Positions 17,576 through 26,106 of a DNA stretch of 40,212 bases are shown in pieces (positions within the stretch are counted from its first letter, which is position 1; each line of letters opens with the position of its first letter). This stretch comes from an uncultured bacterium (GTDB taxonomy: Bacteria > Latescibacterota > Latescibacteria > Latescibacterales > Latescibacteraceae): contig CAYNWJ010000004.1 of assembly GCA_964400815.1 (NCBI GenBank), forward strand, positions 1-40,212. The letters are read 5' to 3'. The translations under genes were made by a program, and so were the position numbers. The notes under the pieces were generated by a model, which saw only the letters and a list, made by a program, of their open reading frames with translations, had not been told where the DNA came from and searched no databases.

Positions 17576-17650
17576 GACACCTCACCCGCGTGTATTCTGA
17601 TTTGATGTGAATGCGAAACAAAGAAAACGTCTGTATAGACAAGCGTTTGT

Positions 17651-17678
17651 AATATAATGAATTAATTTTTGAAAGCAA
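17651..17678 (-). promoter_or_regulatory. sigma-70-type promoter candidate for leuS
   Basis: On the minus strand: TTGCTT (17678-17673), 16-nt spacer, TATATT (17656-17651). Confidence 0.4.
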
Positions 17679-17694
17679 GGAGGGGAAACGATAA

Positions 17695-17804
17695 CTGGCA
17701 ATCCCCCATTTTCCGGCACAAACTAATATTTCGAGGTTTTTCAGTTTTGAACCTGGATTTTCGGGAGTACGGGATGAACCACGATTACAATCCTGTCAAT
17801 CCTT
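17695..17804 (-). repeat. promoter-upstream repeat element, copy B (upstream of leuS)
   Basis: CTGGCAATCCCCCATTTTCCGGCAC...GGGATGAACCACGATTACAATCCTGTCAATCCTT. A larger unit, 17695-17855, is bracketed by the perfect 13-bp direct repeat GGGGAAACGATAA (17682-17694 and 17856-17868). Confidence 0.85.
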
Positions 17805-17948
17805 ACTTTATAATAGCTTATGTGAATTATCCGATGGGTTTTTGGGGGGTGCGTCGGGGAAACGATAAATCGAACTGGTTGTTTCAGGGGATTGCGGACT
17901 GGGGAATCCCGGAAAGAGGGACGGTGGAGAAAAGGCGGTTGATCCGGG

Positions 17949-18500
17949 CTACTTGTACTGTTCCTCGATCTTGCGCTTGATGGTCTCCTGGCGTTCGATG
18001 TCCTTGGGCATGTAGAACTCGCGCATTTTGAATTTCGCCAGGAACGCGGGAAGATACATGATGATGAATGAAACGATGATGACTATGACCGCCGCAAACA
18101 CCACAAGATCGAACCTGGAGGACGTCTTGAAAGGTTTTCCCTTCTTCTTTCGCGATTTTTGGCTGTGACGCCGGATCACGCGGAGGGTCACCCTGATATT
18201 GTGTATTTTGGCTATTTCCTTGACAAGATCGCGGGATTGCTTGTCCCTGACGACAACGATGAGCTCGACATTGTTGGTATCAACGACAGAACGCCATTTG
18301 TCGGCAATACCCGGATCGCGCAGTGTTTCATAATCGGCGACCATGACGGCCGAAATCTCGTCACCCCTCACGATAACCATGTCGGGATGCGATCCCTTCC
18401 ATGACGGGGGTATCCCGGGCTTTCCGTCTGCATAGTCCGTATAGACCGTCCAGCCGTCGCGCTCGTAACCCTCTGCCAGCATTGACGTGAGTTTCGACAT
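17949..18500 (-). CDS. hypothetical tail-anchored membrane protein (183 aa)
   Basis: ATG at 18500. A soluble N-terminal domain of about 110 aa, then a basic linker (RRHSQKSRKKKGK), one TM helix (LVVFAAVIVIIVSFIIMYLPAFLA) and a charged tail. I recognise no family. Confidence 0.65.
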   Translation of the reverse strand: MSKLTSMLAEGYERDGWTVYTDYADGKPGIPPSWKGSHPDMVIVRGDEISAVMVADYETLRDPGIADKWRSVVDTNNVELIVVVRDKQSRDLVKEIAKIHNIRVTLRVIRRHSQKSRKKKGKPFKTSSRFDLVVFAAVIVIIVSFIIMYLPAFLAKFKMREFYMPKDIERQETIKRKIEEQYK

Positions 18501-18556
18501 GGCGCTCTATGCTCCATCATTCAAACATGGTACAAGAGGATCATGGACATATACAA

Positions 18557-18585
18557 AATATAGCTTTACACCGGCTGATTGACAA
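18557..18585 (-). promoter_or_regulatory. sigma-70-type promoter candidate for the 183-aa gene
   Basis: On the minus strand: TTGTCA, 17-nt spacer, TATATT. Confidence 0.3.
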
Positions 18586-18667
18586 GCACAATTGTACCAC
18601 TGGGCGCACCGGGACTGGCAGTTTGAGGGCATGGACCTGTGATGGGGAATTCATAATACGGAAGACA

Positions 18668-19636
18668 TCAGGTCACCGGATCGTCGATAATCACATCGTC
18701 ATCGGCGGCGTCATGAAGCTCCAGCCGGTCGCCCAATGTGAAGAAGGAAAAGGCGCCGATCAGCATGATGAAAGCGACATAGACGATTCTGTCAATGCCG
18801 GCGGCGAGAACACCGACACCGGGATCTGTGCCGAAAAAGGCCGCTGTCCATCCGCTCGCCACTTCCGCGACACCAATCCCCCCCGGAACGATGGCCGCTA
18901 TTCGCAGAAAATTCCCGACCGTCAGAACCACGACTGCGCCGAGCAGTGAGACATCGGTGGAAAACATCGAAGCCGCCACGATGAACCGGACGGAGCACAG
19001 GGAAAAGTATGCGATTTCCACGGCGCCGAGGGTCATCAGCAATCGATAGTCCGAATAAATCTCGTTCCAGCAGCCGATAACCTTTCGGACGATTGCGGGA
19101 AGAAAATGCGGCACATAGGAAAACCTTGCGATGAGAATAAAACCCGCGCATCCGGTTATTATCACGAGGAAGAAGAGCGGTATCAGCACTTCCGCATTCT
19201 GGCCGGTCAGGAGAAACACGACGGAAACGAACAGGCCGGTCAGCGCCGCAAACAGGGTCATCACGACCACATAGGGCACGACGAACGCCACGAAGGAATG
19301 AAAGGGGAACCGATATTTTTTCGAAAGGTAATACCCGACGCTGAACGTGCCGGCTTTCAGAAGGATATGGTTCAGCGCCTGGGTGATGCTGAGATACCGC
19401 ACGCCGGCCAGGGGGGATATCGGCCGGGCGAGCTTGCGGACCATGAGCGTGAGACGGAATCCTTCAACCCATATCGTCGCCAGATTGAGAAGGACAAGCA
19501 GCGCGACATTCCAGACGGTGAAACGGGCCTGTGAGGCGAAACGCTCGTAGTTCGTCCACACATACCAGACACCGAAGAGCAGAATGGCGGCCAGTATCAC
19601 ATACCTGAGGACTGCGATGACGGTCTTTTTCCTCAT
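18668..19636 (-). CDS. UPF0104 / lysyl-phosphatidylglycerol-synthase-TM-region-like integral membrane protein
   Basis: Multi-pass membrane protein. The start is likely the ATG at 19636 (MRKKTVIAVLRYV..., GGAG about 11 nt upstream) rather than the track start at 19669. Confidence 0.72.
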   Translation of the reverse strand: MRKKTVIAVLRYVILAAILLFGVWYVWTNYERFASQARFTVWNVALLVLLNLATIWVEGFRLTLMVRKLARPISPLAGVRYLSITQALNHILLKAGTFSVGYYLSKKYRFPFHSFVAFVVPYVVVMTLFAALTGLFVSVVFLLTGQNAEVLIPLFFLVIITGCAGFILIARFSYVPHFLPAIVRKVIGCWNEIYSDYRLLMTLGAVEIAYFSLCSVRFIVAASMFSTDVSLLGAVVVLTVGNFLRIAAIVPGGIGVAEVASGWTAAFFGTDPGVGVLAAGIDRIVYVAFIMLIGAFSFFTLGDRLELHDAADDDVIIDDPVT

Positions 19637-19678
19637 GGAACCGATTTCTCCGGTTGCGGGTATGTACAATCGTCGGAC

Positions 19679-20680
19679 TTATATTTCGCAGGGGACTCCG
19701 CCGTTTTTCAGCGATCGCTGGGCGGCATCGAGCACACGGGTCACCATGAGCCCGTTCATGCCGTCGCTGAGGGGGGCGGATTGCTGTTCGATGGACTCGA
19801 TGAAATGTTCGCATTCCCTTCTGAGCGGTTCATACATCTTTATGTACGGTATCATGATGTTGCCGTCGCGCAACGAGAGAAATTCGCCATAGGAACCGTA
19901 ATCATCACGCTTCGTGACACCCTTGTCATAAATCCGGATCTTTTCACGGGGCTCCATGTCGTCGAACACCATCATCTTCTTCGATCCGACGACAGTGGTC
20001 CGCCTGACCTTGTGGGGATCGAGCCAGCTGACATGAATATGAGCGATTCCGCCGCCGGGGAAACGCAGATTGATGAAAGAGACATCCTCGATACCCTGCT
20101 GCAGATAGCCATGTCCCCATGCGCTGACAGCTTCGGGCATTTCATCGATCAGATAGAGGGCGATGGATATGTCGTGGGGAGCGAAAGACTGGAGCGAATT
20201 CTCGTCGGAACGGACCTTGCCCAGGTTGAGACGCTGGCAGTACAGATAATACACATCTCCCAGTTCTCCGCTCACGATTTCCTGCTTCATGTGTGTCATG
20301 CAGGGATGATAGAGCATGAGATGGCCCACCATGAGGACACGACCATTTTTTCCGGCGAGCTCCACCAGTTCCTCGGCATGGGCGACATCGAGGGTCATGG
20401 GTTTTTCGACCATGACATGCCTGCCGGATTCGAGGGACTTTTTCGCAAGTTCATAGTGACTGGCCGGTGGTGTGGAGATCACAACGGCATCGACCGAATC
20501 GTCCTTGAGAATATCATTGAAATCCGTGGTGCGGTTCACTCCCTCGCAGTGCGCGAAACCATCGAGCGTATCCGCATTCGAATCGGCGATATGTGCCAGC
20601 CTCGCCGAGGGCGTGGAATAGAACGTACGCACGAGGTTTTTTCCCCAATATCCCGTCCCGACAACACCCACAGTTACCAT
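19679..20680 (-). CDS. Gfo/Idh/MocA-family NAD(P)-dependent oxidoreductase
   Basis: N-terminal Rossmann motif VGVVGTGYWGKN. 333 aa with the EKP motif (VMVEKPM). Strong SD GGGAGGAAG before the ATG at 20680. Confidence 0.9.
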   Translation of the reverse strand: MVTVGVVGTGYWGKNLVRTFYSTPSARLAHIADSNADTLDGFAHCEGVNRTTDFNDILKDDSVDAVVISTPPASHYELAKKSLESGRHVMVEKPMTLDVAHAEELVELAGKNGRVLMVGHLMLYHPCMTHMKQEIVSGELGDVYYLYCQRLNLGKVRSDENSLQSFAPHDISIALYLIDEMPEAVSAWGHGYLQQGIEDVSFINLRFPGGGIAHIHVSWLDPHKVRRTTVVGSKKMMVFDDMEPREKIRIYDKGVTKRDDYGSYGEFLSLRDGNIMIPYIKMYEPLRRECEHFIESIEQQSAPLSDGMNGLMVTRVLDAAQRSLKNGGVPCEI

Positions 20681-20820
20681 GTACTTCCTCCCTCACTCCT
20701 GTCATTGGTGAAATGAACAGCACCGCGTGCCATGCAGCAGAATGATTCCATATCCCGTTCACGGCCGGGCGCCGTCAGCGTCCGGCGGAGAAACGGTCAA
20801 CCCGCACGGGAACGGCGCGG

Positions 20821-22104
20821 TCATTCTCCGCCATTATCGTCACGGATGTTGATGAGCGGTTCCTCGAGTTTGACAAGAACCTTCGAAATACGGTTTCCCT
20901 GAATCTGTTTGATGGTGAATGACAGATTCTCCCAGCGGAACTCCTCTCCCCCCGAGGGGATCACTCCCAACTGATGATAGATGAAACCTGCTATGGTATC
21001 GAAATCCTCGGTGGGTATATCCGCATGAATGATCTCGTTCACATCGTCGATATCGAGACCCGCATCCATGAGCACCGTGGTCTCGTTTACCCAGAGGTAA
21101 TCCCGCGCCTCCTGATCGTATTCGTCCTGTATCTCCCCCACGATCTCCTCGAGCAGATCCTCGAGCGCCACGATACCCGCGGTCCCCCCGTACTCGTCGA
21201 CAACGATGGCGATGTGTACCTTCGCCTGCTTGAATTCCCTGAGCAGCACCGAAATCTTCTTCGACTCGTGGACGAAATAGGGTTTTCGCATGATGCCCTC
21301 TATCGAAACTCCTGCAACCCCCTTCTCCGCAACGACCGGAAGGATGTCCTTTGCATAGACGACGCCGAGGATATTGTCGATCCGCTCGTCATACACGGGG
21401 ATGCGTGAATGTCCCTCCTTCCTGAACAGATCGATCAGTTCCGCCACCGCGATATCGTTTCCCACCGCGATCATGTCTATGCGCGGCACCATGACCTCGC
21501 GCACGGTCGTGTCGAAAAAATCGAGCACACCCTCGATCATGTCCCGTTCATCCTGTTCGAGCACACCCGATTCACTTTCCGACTTGACAAGCTCGATGAG
21601 GGCTTCCTCCTTTGCGGCGAGTTCCTGCTTCTTCTCGATGAACAGGGAAAGCATGCTGTCTATCAGAACAGTGACGGGATAGAGAAGGATGTGGAACACC
21701 ATCAGAAAAGAGGCGAAGCGGGGTACTGTGTCCTCGTTCTCGCCCAGGGATGCGATGCGCGCCAGCAGCCCTTCCGCCGTCACGAAGGCGATCACCGAAC
21801 CGGCTGCAACGATTACCGCGGCGGCCGCCATCGAATCGGAAAAGAAACCCATCATCCCCGCAAAACCGGCGAGGGAAAGCGTACCCAGAACGACTGCGAG
21901 GATACGGCCCGAAAGGAGCATCAGTTGAAAACGGCGGCGGTTCAAGCTGATACGGTGGATAAGCGACGCTCCGCCGATCTTGTTCTCCATCAGTTTTTCT
22001 ATCGACTCCCTGGAAACCGAGCCGATGGCTATCTGCGCACCCGCGAAAAGGACGGAGACGGCGCATGACACGATGAAACATGAAAACAGAAGATACGGCA
22101 TCAT
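20821..22104 (-). CDS. corC: CNNM/CorC-family transporter-associated protein (DUF21 TM + CBS pair + CorC_HlyC)
   Basis: Start set to the ATG at 22104, which overlaps the ybeY TGA (ATGA). The architecture is TM region, then a CBS pair, then the C-terminal CorC/HlyC domain. Confidence 0.9.
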   Translation of the reverse strand: MMPYLLFSCFIVSCAVSVLFAGAQIAIGSVSRESIEKLMENKIGGASLIHRISLNRRRFQLMLLSGRILAVVLGTLSLAGFAGMMGFFSDSMAAAAVIVAAGSVIAFVTAEGLLARIASLGENEDTVPRFASFLMVFHILLYPVTVLIDSMLSLFIEKKQELAAKEEALIELVKSESESGVLEQDERDMIEGVLDFFDTTVREVMVPRIDMIAVGNDIAVAELIDLFRKEGHSRIPVYDERIDNILGVVYAKDILPVVAEKGVAGVSIEGIMRKPYFVHESKKISVLLREFKQAKVHIAIVVDEYGGTAGIVALEDLLEEIVGEIQDEYDQEARDYLWVNETTVLMDAGLDIDDVNEIIHADIPTEDFDTIAGFIYHQLGVIPSGGEEFRWENLSFTIKQIQGNRISKVLVKLEEPLINIRDDNGGE

Positions 22105-22547
22105 CGGGCGGCATCCCCCCCGGAAAAGAAGGAAGAAAGCCACCGTCCGGTCAGCCCGTTCATGGATTCGCGCTCTTCATCGGTTCCATGTACGTGACCC
22201 ATGAGATGCAGAAGGCCGTGCACCGTGAGCCGCACGATTTCCTCGGCCTCCGTCACACCGTATTCCACTGCCTGCCGCCTGGCCTTTTCAAGGGATATAT
22301 ACACTTCGCCCTCGAGCGGTTCGCCCTCTTCCGAGAGAAGAAAGCTGAGCACATCGGTGGTCCCCTCACGTCCCTTGAACCGCCTGTTCATCCGCTCCAT
22401 GGCGGCATCATCGACGAACACGATATTGACCATGCCACCAACATCCTCACCGAGCACCTCCGCGGCAAACCGTTCGAGCCGGTCAGTCTCAAAGGGCAGG
22501 GGAATATCGAGTTCCTCCGACACGATCACATCCACAACCGGATTCAT
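22101..22547 (-). CDS. ybeY: rRNA maturation endoribonuclease YbeY
   Basis: 148 aa. Zinc motif HGLLHLMGHVH. The ATG overlaps the stop of the upstream gene (ATGA). Confidence 0.93.
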   Translation of the reverse strand: MNPVVDVIVSEELDIPLPFETDRLERFAAEVLGEDVGGMVNIVFVDDAAMERMNRRFKGREGTTDVLSFLLSEEGEPLEGEVYISLEKARRQAVEYGVTEAEEIVRLTVHGLLHLMGHVHGTDEERESMNGLTGRWLSSFFSGGDAAR

Positions 22548-24877
22548 TTATTCCTCTCCATTTCGAGGGACTGCTCGGTTTTGTGTTTTTCCGCATCCGC
22601 GGCGGCGTTCTCCAGGATCTTCTTTTCCTCTTTCTGCCAGGGATATTCGATACGCCCGTGATGGGAGCCGACGAGAACCGGCAGGAAACTTTCCTCGATA
22701 TTATGCAGGTCCCGCAAGGTGAGATCGCATTCGTCCAGCTCGCCGTCCATGAACCGCTTCTGGATGATGGTATTGATGAGTGTCTTCAGGCGTCCGGGAG
22801 ATTTCTCGTGCATGGTCCTGCTCGCCGCCTCGACCAGGTCTGCAAGCATGACGATGCCGGCTTCGCGTGTCTGCGGCCTGGGACCGGGATATCTGAACGC
22901 TTCTTCGTCGACATCCTCTCCCCCGGCCTTTTCGACCGCCTTGTGGTATATGAGCGCCATCAGGCTGGTCCCGTGGTGCTGTTTGATGATGTCGAGAATC
23001 GCCTGCGGAAGACCGTATTTCAACCCGAGTTCGTATCCCTCCTTCACATGCGAGGCGATGACGAGGGCGCTCATGTGAGGGGACAGGCGGTCGTGGGGAT
23101 TTTCCCCGGCATACTGGTTCTCGATGAAATAATCCGGGATGACCATCTTGCCGATGTCGTGATAATAGGAGCCGACACGGGCGAGCAGCGAGTTCGCGCC
23201 GATACGGTCCGCGGCCGCCTCGGCCAGGGAGCCCACCATGAGCACCGAAGAGAAGGTGCCCGGGGCCTTGACCGCAAGCTCACGAAGAAGGGGATTGTTC
23301 AGGTCGGAAAGTTCGAGCAGCGTGATGTCGGTTGCGATCTTGAAAACGCTTTCCAGCAGGGGCAGAAGCCCGATGGCGATGATGGGACAGAAGAAACCGT
23401 TGAGCGCCGCCAGAAACATCTCCCGCCCGATGCTGGAAAAGGACGGATTGGCGATCCAGTTGTTGGTGGCGAGAACGGCCAGGGCCATGGTCAGTGGAAC
23501 GAAAAACATGGAGCGGTAGAACTCCTTGCGATGACGGACCCGGCCCACGGTGAGCACGCCCACGCTTCCCGCGATGAAGTATATCACGCCGAGACGGTAG
23601 CCGTCGCCGGGAATCATCGTGGCCACGGTGAGTGAAACGCCGACGGTCATGAGGAAACCGATATGGGCGTCGAACAGAATCGTCGACAATATCGTGGCGA
23701 CCGCGACCGGCACGAGCAGTTCGGAAACAAGACCGCTCCACGCGGCGTAATAGGCGACCGACAGAGGAAGCGCCGCTATGAGCGTAAGGAGCAGAAGATA
23801 CGGAAAAGACGCGAAAACCCGCCTCCTGTAGAGGTAGAGATACACCACAAGCAGGGTGATGATGCTCAGCGCGATCAGCGATTTGCCGAGTGCGACGGCA
23901 TAATGCTTGCGGCGGTTGTCCTCGAAGGTCTGTTTTTCGAGGGCCTCACGGTAGGCATCAAGCGCGGTAATCTGGGACGCGGTGACCGGCACGTTCGCCT
24001 CGATGATCCGCTCGTTCTTCTTGTACGAGGCGGCATATTCCGAAACCTGTTCCATGGCCTGGAGCCTGAGCTCGGCGGTCCGCTGGGAGTTGTAGTGAAG
24101 ATTGGGCCGGATGAAGCGCCTCGCGAATTCCTGTACCGCGCGCAGGCTGCGGGGACGGAGGTCCGAGCCCAGTTCATCGGCGACAAGCCCGTCGATCGAC
24201 TCACCGGCCTCCTCGACATCCATAATCTCGTCGATCGGCACCGTACTCTGCCCCTCACCCTCCTGCACCATGACAAGATCGGTGGAAAGATGCCTGAACT
24301 CGTCACGGCGGGACACGATGAGTTCATTGTAGAGCTGGGCGAAGGAGCGTTTCAGGGACGTGTGAACCCGCCGTGAGATATCGTCGCGCCCCGAGGTGAG
24401 CTGCCTTCCGAACTCACGGATATCGTCCAGGCTGATCTCGCTCGACAACAGATCGCCGACATGCTGACGAACGGAATCGGCCGGACCGGATGAGGGCAGC
24501 CAGGCAATGATCGAGAACAGGGAATCGATCTCAGCCTGAATGACCGGAATGGCGTCGGTATCGAGCGTGTATACGGGAATGACCTCGGAGGCGGCGCGGC
24601 GGCGCTCCTCTTCGAGCTGTTCGGGCGGCTTCGGCACCTGGAAATCCACCAGGGCGATTTCACGCCGGGGTGAAATGTCTCCGACCTGGAAGTCGGGGAG
24701 GGAATATTCGAAAATCCCCGCCTGCCGGACGGTCGAGGAGAAGAAGGTATAGGAAAGGGCGGAGACCACGGCCAGACAGAGGAGAATCCGGGGAAGCAGT
24801 CCCCCCACGGAAGCACCGTTCAGCCGCGGGATGCGATTGAAGCGTTTCGGTGACTTGAAGCGGGTAAAAACGCTCAC
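22544..24877 (-). CDS. 7TM-receptor-linked HD/HDIG phosphohydrolase (PgpH/YqfF-like)
   Basis: 777 aa: extracellular N-terminal domain, 7 TM helices and a C-terminal HD domain (HDIGK...HH). The GTG start at 24877 overlaps the phoH TGA (GTGA). Confidence 0.9.
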   Translation of the reverse strand: MSVFTRFKSPKRFNRIPRLNGASVGGLLPRILLCLAVVSALSYTFFSSTVRQAGIFEYSLPDFQVGDISPRREIALVDFQVPKPPEQLEEERRRAASEVIPVYTLDTDAIPVIQAEIDSLFSIIAWLPSSGPADSVRQHVGDLLSSEISLDDIREFGRQLTSGRDDISRRVHTSLKRSFAQLYNELIVSRRDEFRHLSTDLVMVQEGEGQSTVPIDEIMDVEEAGESIDGLVADELGSDLRPRSLRAVQEFARRFIRPNLHYNSQRTAELRLQAMEQVSEYAASYKKNERIIEANVPVTASQITALDAYREALEKQTFEDNRRKHYAVALGKSLIALSIITLLVVYLYLYRRRVFASFPYLLLLTLIAALPLSVAYYAAWSGLVSELLVPVAVATILSTILFDAHIGFLMTVGVSLTVATMIPGDGYRLGVIYFIAGSVGVLTVGRVRHRKEFYRSMFFVPLTMALAVLATNNWIANPSFSSIGREMFLAALNGFFCPIIAIGLLPLLESVFKIATDITLLELSDLNNPLLRELAVKAPGTFSSVLMVGSLAEAAADRIGANSLLARVGSYYHDIGKMVIPDYFIENQYAGENPHDRLSPHMSALVIASHVKEGYELGLKYGLPQAILDIIKQHHGTSLMALIYHKAVEKAGGEDVDEEAFRYPGPRPQTREAGIVMLADLVEAASRTMHEKSPGRLKTLINTIIQKRFMDGELDECDLTLRDLHNIEESFLPVLVGSHHGRIEYPWQKEEKKILENAAADAEKHKTEQSLEMERNK

Positions 24878-25869
24878 GAACCGTTCTCCGTTTCATTTTC
24901 GCCGTTACGCGGCCCGCCGTCATTCTCATGGACGGAATAGGCATTGATGATGTCCTGCACCAGCTTGTGACGCACCACGTCACGGCTTGTCAGGCGAATG
25001 AAGGCCACTCCCTCGACGGGAGAGAGAATGGGCTCGATCTCGTTGAGGCCGGGCTTCTCGTGCGAGGGCAGATCGACCTGTGTAACATCACCGGTAATCA
25101 CCATCCGGGAACCGTACCCCAGTCTCGTGAGGATCATTTTCATCTGGCGCGACGTGGTGTTCTGTGCCTCGTCGAGGATGATGAAGGCGTTGGACAGCGT
25201 CCTGCCCCGCATGTATGCCAGCGGCGCCACCTCCACGATCCCCCGCTGCTGATATTTTTCGAGCTTCTCCGCGCCGAGGGTGTCGAAGAGGGCGTCGTAG
25301 AGGGGCCGGAAATAGGGTTCGACCTTGTCCTTCAGATCGCCGGGCAGAAAACCCAGGCTCTCCCCCGCCTCGACCGCGGGACGGCAGAGAATGATCTTCT
25401 GCACCGATTTCGCCCTGAGAGCGGAGACCGCAAGCGCAACCGCCAGAAAGGTCTTCCCCGTTCCAGCAGGCCCGATGCCGAACACCACTTCGTTCGAAAG
25501 CATCGCCGACAGATAGAGGCACTGGCCAAGAGACCTCGGTTTGATCTGGCGGCCGTTGGCGTTGAGGATGATCGTTTCGAACCCCACGTCCGACTCCGAA
25601 CCGCCGCTTTCAAGATAGTCGAGCGCTCCGGCGAGCGAATGTTCGTCGATATGGGTGCCCGATGCGATGAGTTCATCCATTTCGCCGATGATCCGTGCGG
25701 CCTTCCTGGCGGACGATTTTTCCCCCATGATCTTCAATCCTCCTTCGCGGCAGACGATATTGACACCGTATCGATCTTCGATGGCCTTGATGTTGCAGTC
25801 GCCGGAGCCGAAAAGGTCCTGATAATTGGCGTGGGTCGGATACACAAGTTCGAAAGCTTCGCTATTCAC
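24874..25869 (-). CDS. phoH: PhoH-family ATPase
   Basis: Walker A is GPAGTGKT and Walker B is FIILDEAQN, with an N-terminal KH-like region. Both the track start (25917) and my preferred start (25869) are GTG. The one at 25869 has GGGAGGG about 12 nt upstream and gives (M)NSEAFELVY... Confidence 0.88.
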   Translation of the reverse strand: MNSEAFELVYPTHANYQDLFGSGDCNIKAIEDRYGVNIVCREGGLKIMGEKSSARKAARIIGEMDELIASGTHIDEHSLAGALDYLESGGSESDVGFETIILNANGRQIKPRSLGQCLYLSAMLSNEVVFGIGPAGTGKTFLAVALAVSALRAKSVQKIILCRPAVEAGESLGFLPGDLKDKVEPYFRPLYDALFDTLGAEKLEKYQQRGIVEVAPLAYMRGRTLSNAFIILDEAQNTTSRQMKMILTRLGYGSRMVITGDVTQVDLPSHEKPGLNEIEPILSPVEGVAFIRLTSRDVVRHKLVQDIINAYSVHENDGGPRNGENETENGS

Positions 25870-26017
25870 CGGGGAAACATGCCCTCCCGAAAAAAAATAC
25901 TCCCGGCAATGGCGCACAGATATCGCCGGGAGTTATAAGAAGGTTTATACCGAATATGCCATGTAAAGGCCGGATACCATCGAAAGACAGCAGAACCTCG
26001 TCTGAAGTATTTTTATA

Positions 26018-26046
26018 TTGATACTCCATAATCTGCGGAATGTCAA
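26018..26046 (-). promoter_or_regulatory. sigma-70-type promoter candidate for the phoH operon
   Basis: On the minus strand: TTGACA (26046-26041), 17-nt spacer, TATCAA (26023-26018). Confidence 0.4.
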
Positions 26047-26106
26047 GTGAAAACTCCACCGACAGACATACCCTTCAAGCCGGCTCAACCAGAAGGCACG
26101 GACATG

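Noticed and set aside
17576-17650. T-box leaders upstream of leuS (and hisS, 29195-29265)
   Set aside because: The leaders are only about 70 nt long and lack the conserved T-box sequence (AATTAGGGTGGTACCGCG-like) and a specifier-loop architecture.
20716-20732. TGGCACG on the minus strand upstream of the oxidoreductase gene, a perfect sigma-54 -24 box
   Set aside because: The only downstream GC dinucleotide is 8 nt after the GG, not 10 (TGGCACGCGGTGCTG). The -24/-12 spacing is essentially invariant, so this is not a credible sigma-54 promoter.
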